DNA from: a virus
Taxonomy: Duplodnaviria; Caudoviricetes
Strand: one strand, 5' to 3'
Virus record (IMG/VR): IMGVR_UViG_3300044961_000667
DNA length: 64,000 nucleotides
Shown: positions 63,674 through 64,000 of the stretch, one piece after another
How positions within the stretch are numbered: the stretch's first letter is position 1
Layout: each line of letters starts with the position of its first letter
The notes under the pieces: generated by a model
Told to the model about the DNA's origin: nothing
Seen by the model: the letters and a program-made list of their open reading frames with translations, nothing else
Database searches by the model: none
Made by a program: the position numbers and the translations under genes

Positions 63674-64000
63674 GCGTTCTCCAGCGTCTTGTGGGGCCAG
63701 TACCTCGGGATGGACTGCGTCTGAGCGCGAAGCGTCATCGACTGCCGCTCCACCGTCCCCGCGGGCACCCCGTGGATGCCGCGCGCCGCAGCCACAGCCG
63801 GGGCGACGTCGAGAGTGACGATCTGCAGCGTGTGCCCGAAGGCGACGGCCAGGGCTGCGTATGGCGCCAGCTCGGCCACCGACGTGTTCGTGTTGTCGAC
63901 CACCAGCACGTCGACATCACCCGGCGATGCAATCGATTGCGTGTACCGCCGCAGGCAGTCCGCGTGCGCGTCGCTGAGTCGCGTGGCGTCGAACTTGTAC
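63670..64000 (-). CDS. AAA_33-type P-loop kinase, C-terminal part (5' end outside window)
   Basis: FDATRLSDAHADC...VLVVDNTNT..ELAPY...RGIHGVP. Confidence 0.75.
   Translation of the reverse strand, partial: YKFDATRLSDAHADCLRRYTQSIASPGDVDVLVVDNTNTSVAELAPYAALAVAFGHTLQIVTLDVAPAVAAARGIHGVPAGTVERQSMTLRAQTQSIPRYWPHKTLENA

Larger units (their letters stand above)
3118..63942. promoter_or_regulatory. eight dispersed co-oriented operator-like quasi-palindromes GTGCAATCGATTGCGC
   Basis: Exact copies at 3118, 14261, 20328, 27166, 40412, 45744, 54488; variant ATGCAATCGATTGCGT at 63927. Confidence 0.8.

Noticed and set aside
1-64000. CRISPR array, DGR or retron
   Set aside because: I found no regularly spaced repeat-spacer array, no reverse transcriptase and no TR/VR pair; the dispersed repeats are kilobases apart
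1-64000. Integrated prophage or ICE with host flanks
   Set aside because: No integrase, att-adjacent tRNA, conjugation genes or housekeeping synteny in the window; lifestyle cannot be decided from this segment

Overview
The window (roughly 65% GC by eye) reads as the early/replication region of a large dsDNA bacteriophage. About 110 tightly coupled ORFs lie almost all on the minus strand. I found no integrase, terminase, portal or capsid gene and no housekeeping operons. A parS site of the form I recall for Myxococcus hints at a myxobacterial or related host; this is inference only. Recognisable genes: replication initiator with an internal iteron origin, DnaC-like loader, DnaB-like helicase, UvrD/PcrA helicase, SNF2 helicase, beta clamp, ATP-dependent ligase, minimal Pol X, RNase HI, DEDDh exonuclease, HU, Dam, Tmk, MazG-like, HD nucleotidase, DUF5131, ASCH, radical SAM, two SAM methyltransferases, M23 peptidase and a CoaB/class II aldolase fusion. 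Five selfish endonuclease elements are present: two inteins, one LAGLIDADG and two HNH genes. The most striking features are (i) a homing endonuclease cassette that carries a recoded replacement start for the gene it interrupts, (ii) eight co-oriented copies of a 16-bp quasi-palindrome, one of them 4 bp from a parS site, (iii) a 118-nt tRNA-like RNA with a kissing loop, (iv) a candidate C-rich-loop sRNA and (v) 19 copies of one promoter motif. Several single-base frameshifts in homopolymer runs suggest residual assembly errors. All family assignments come from motif recognition by eye, not from database searches.
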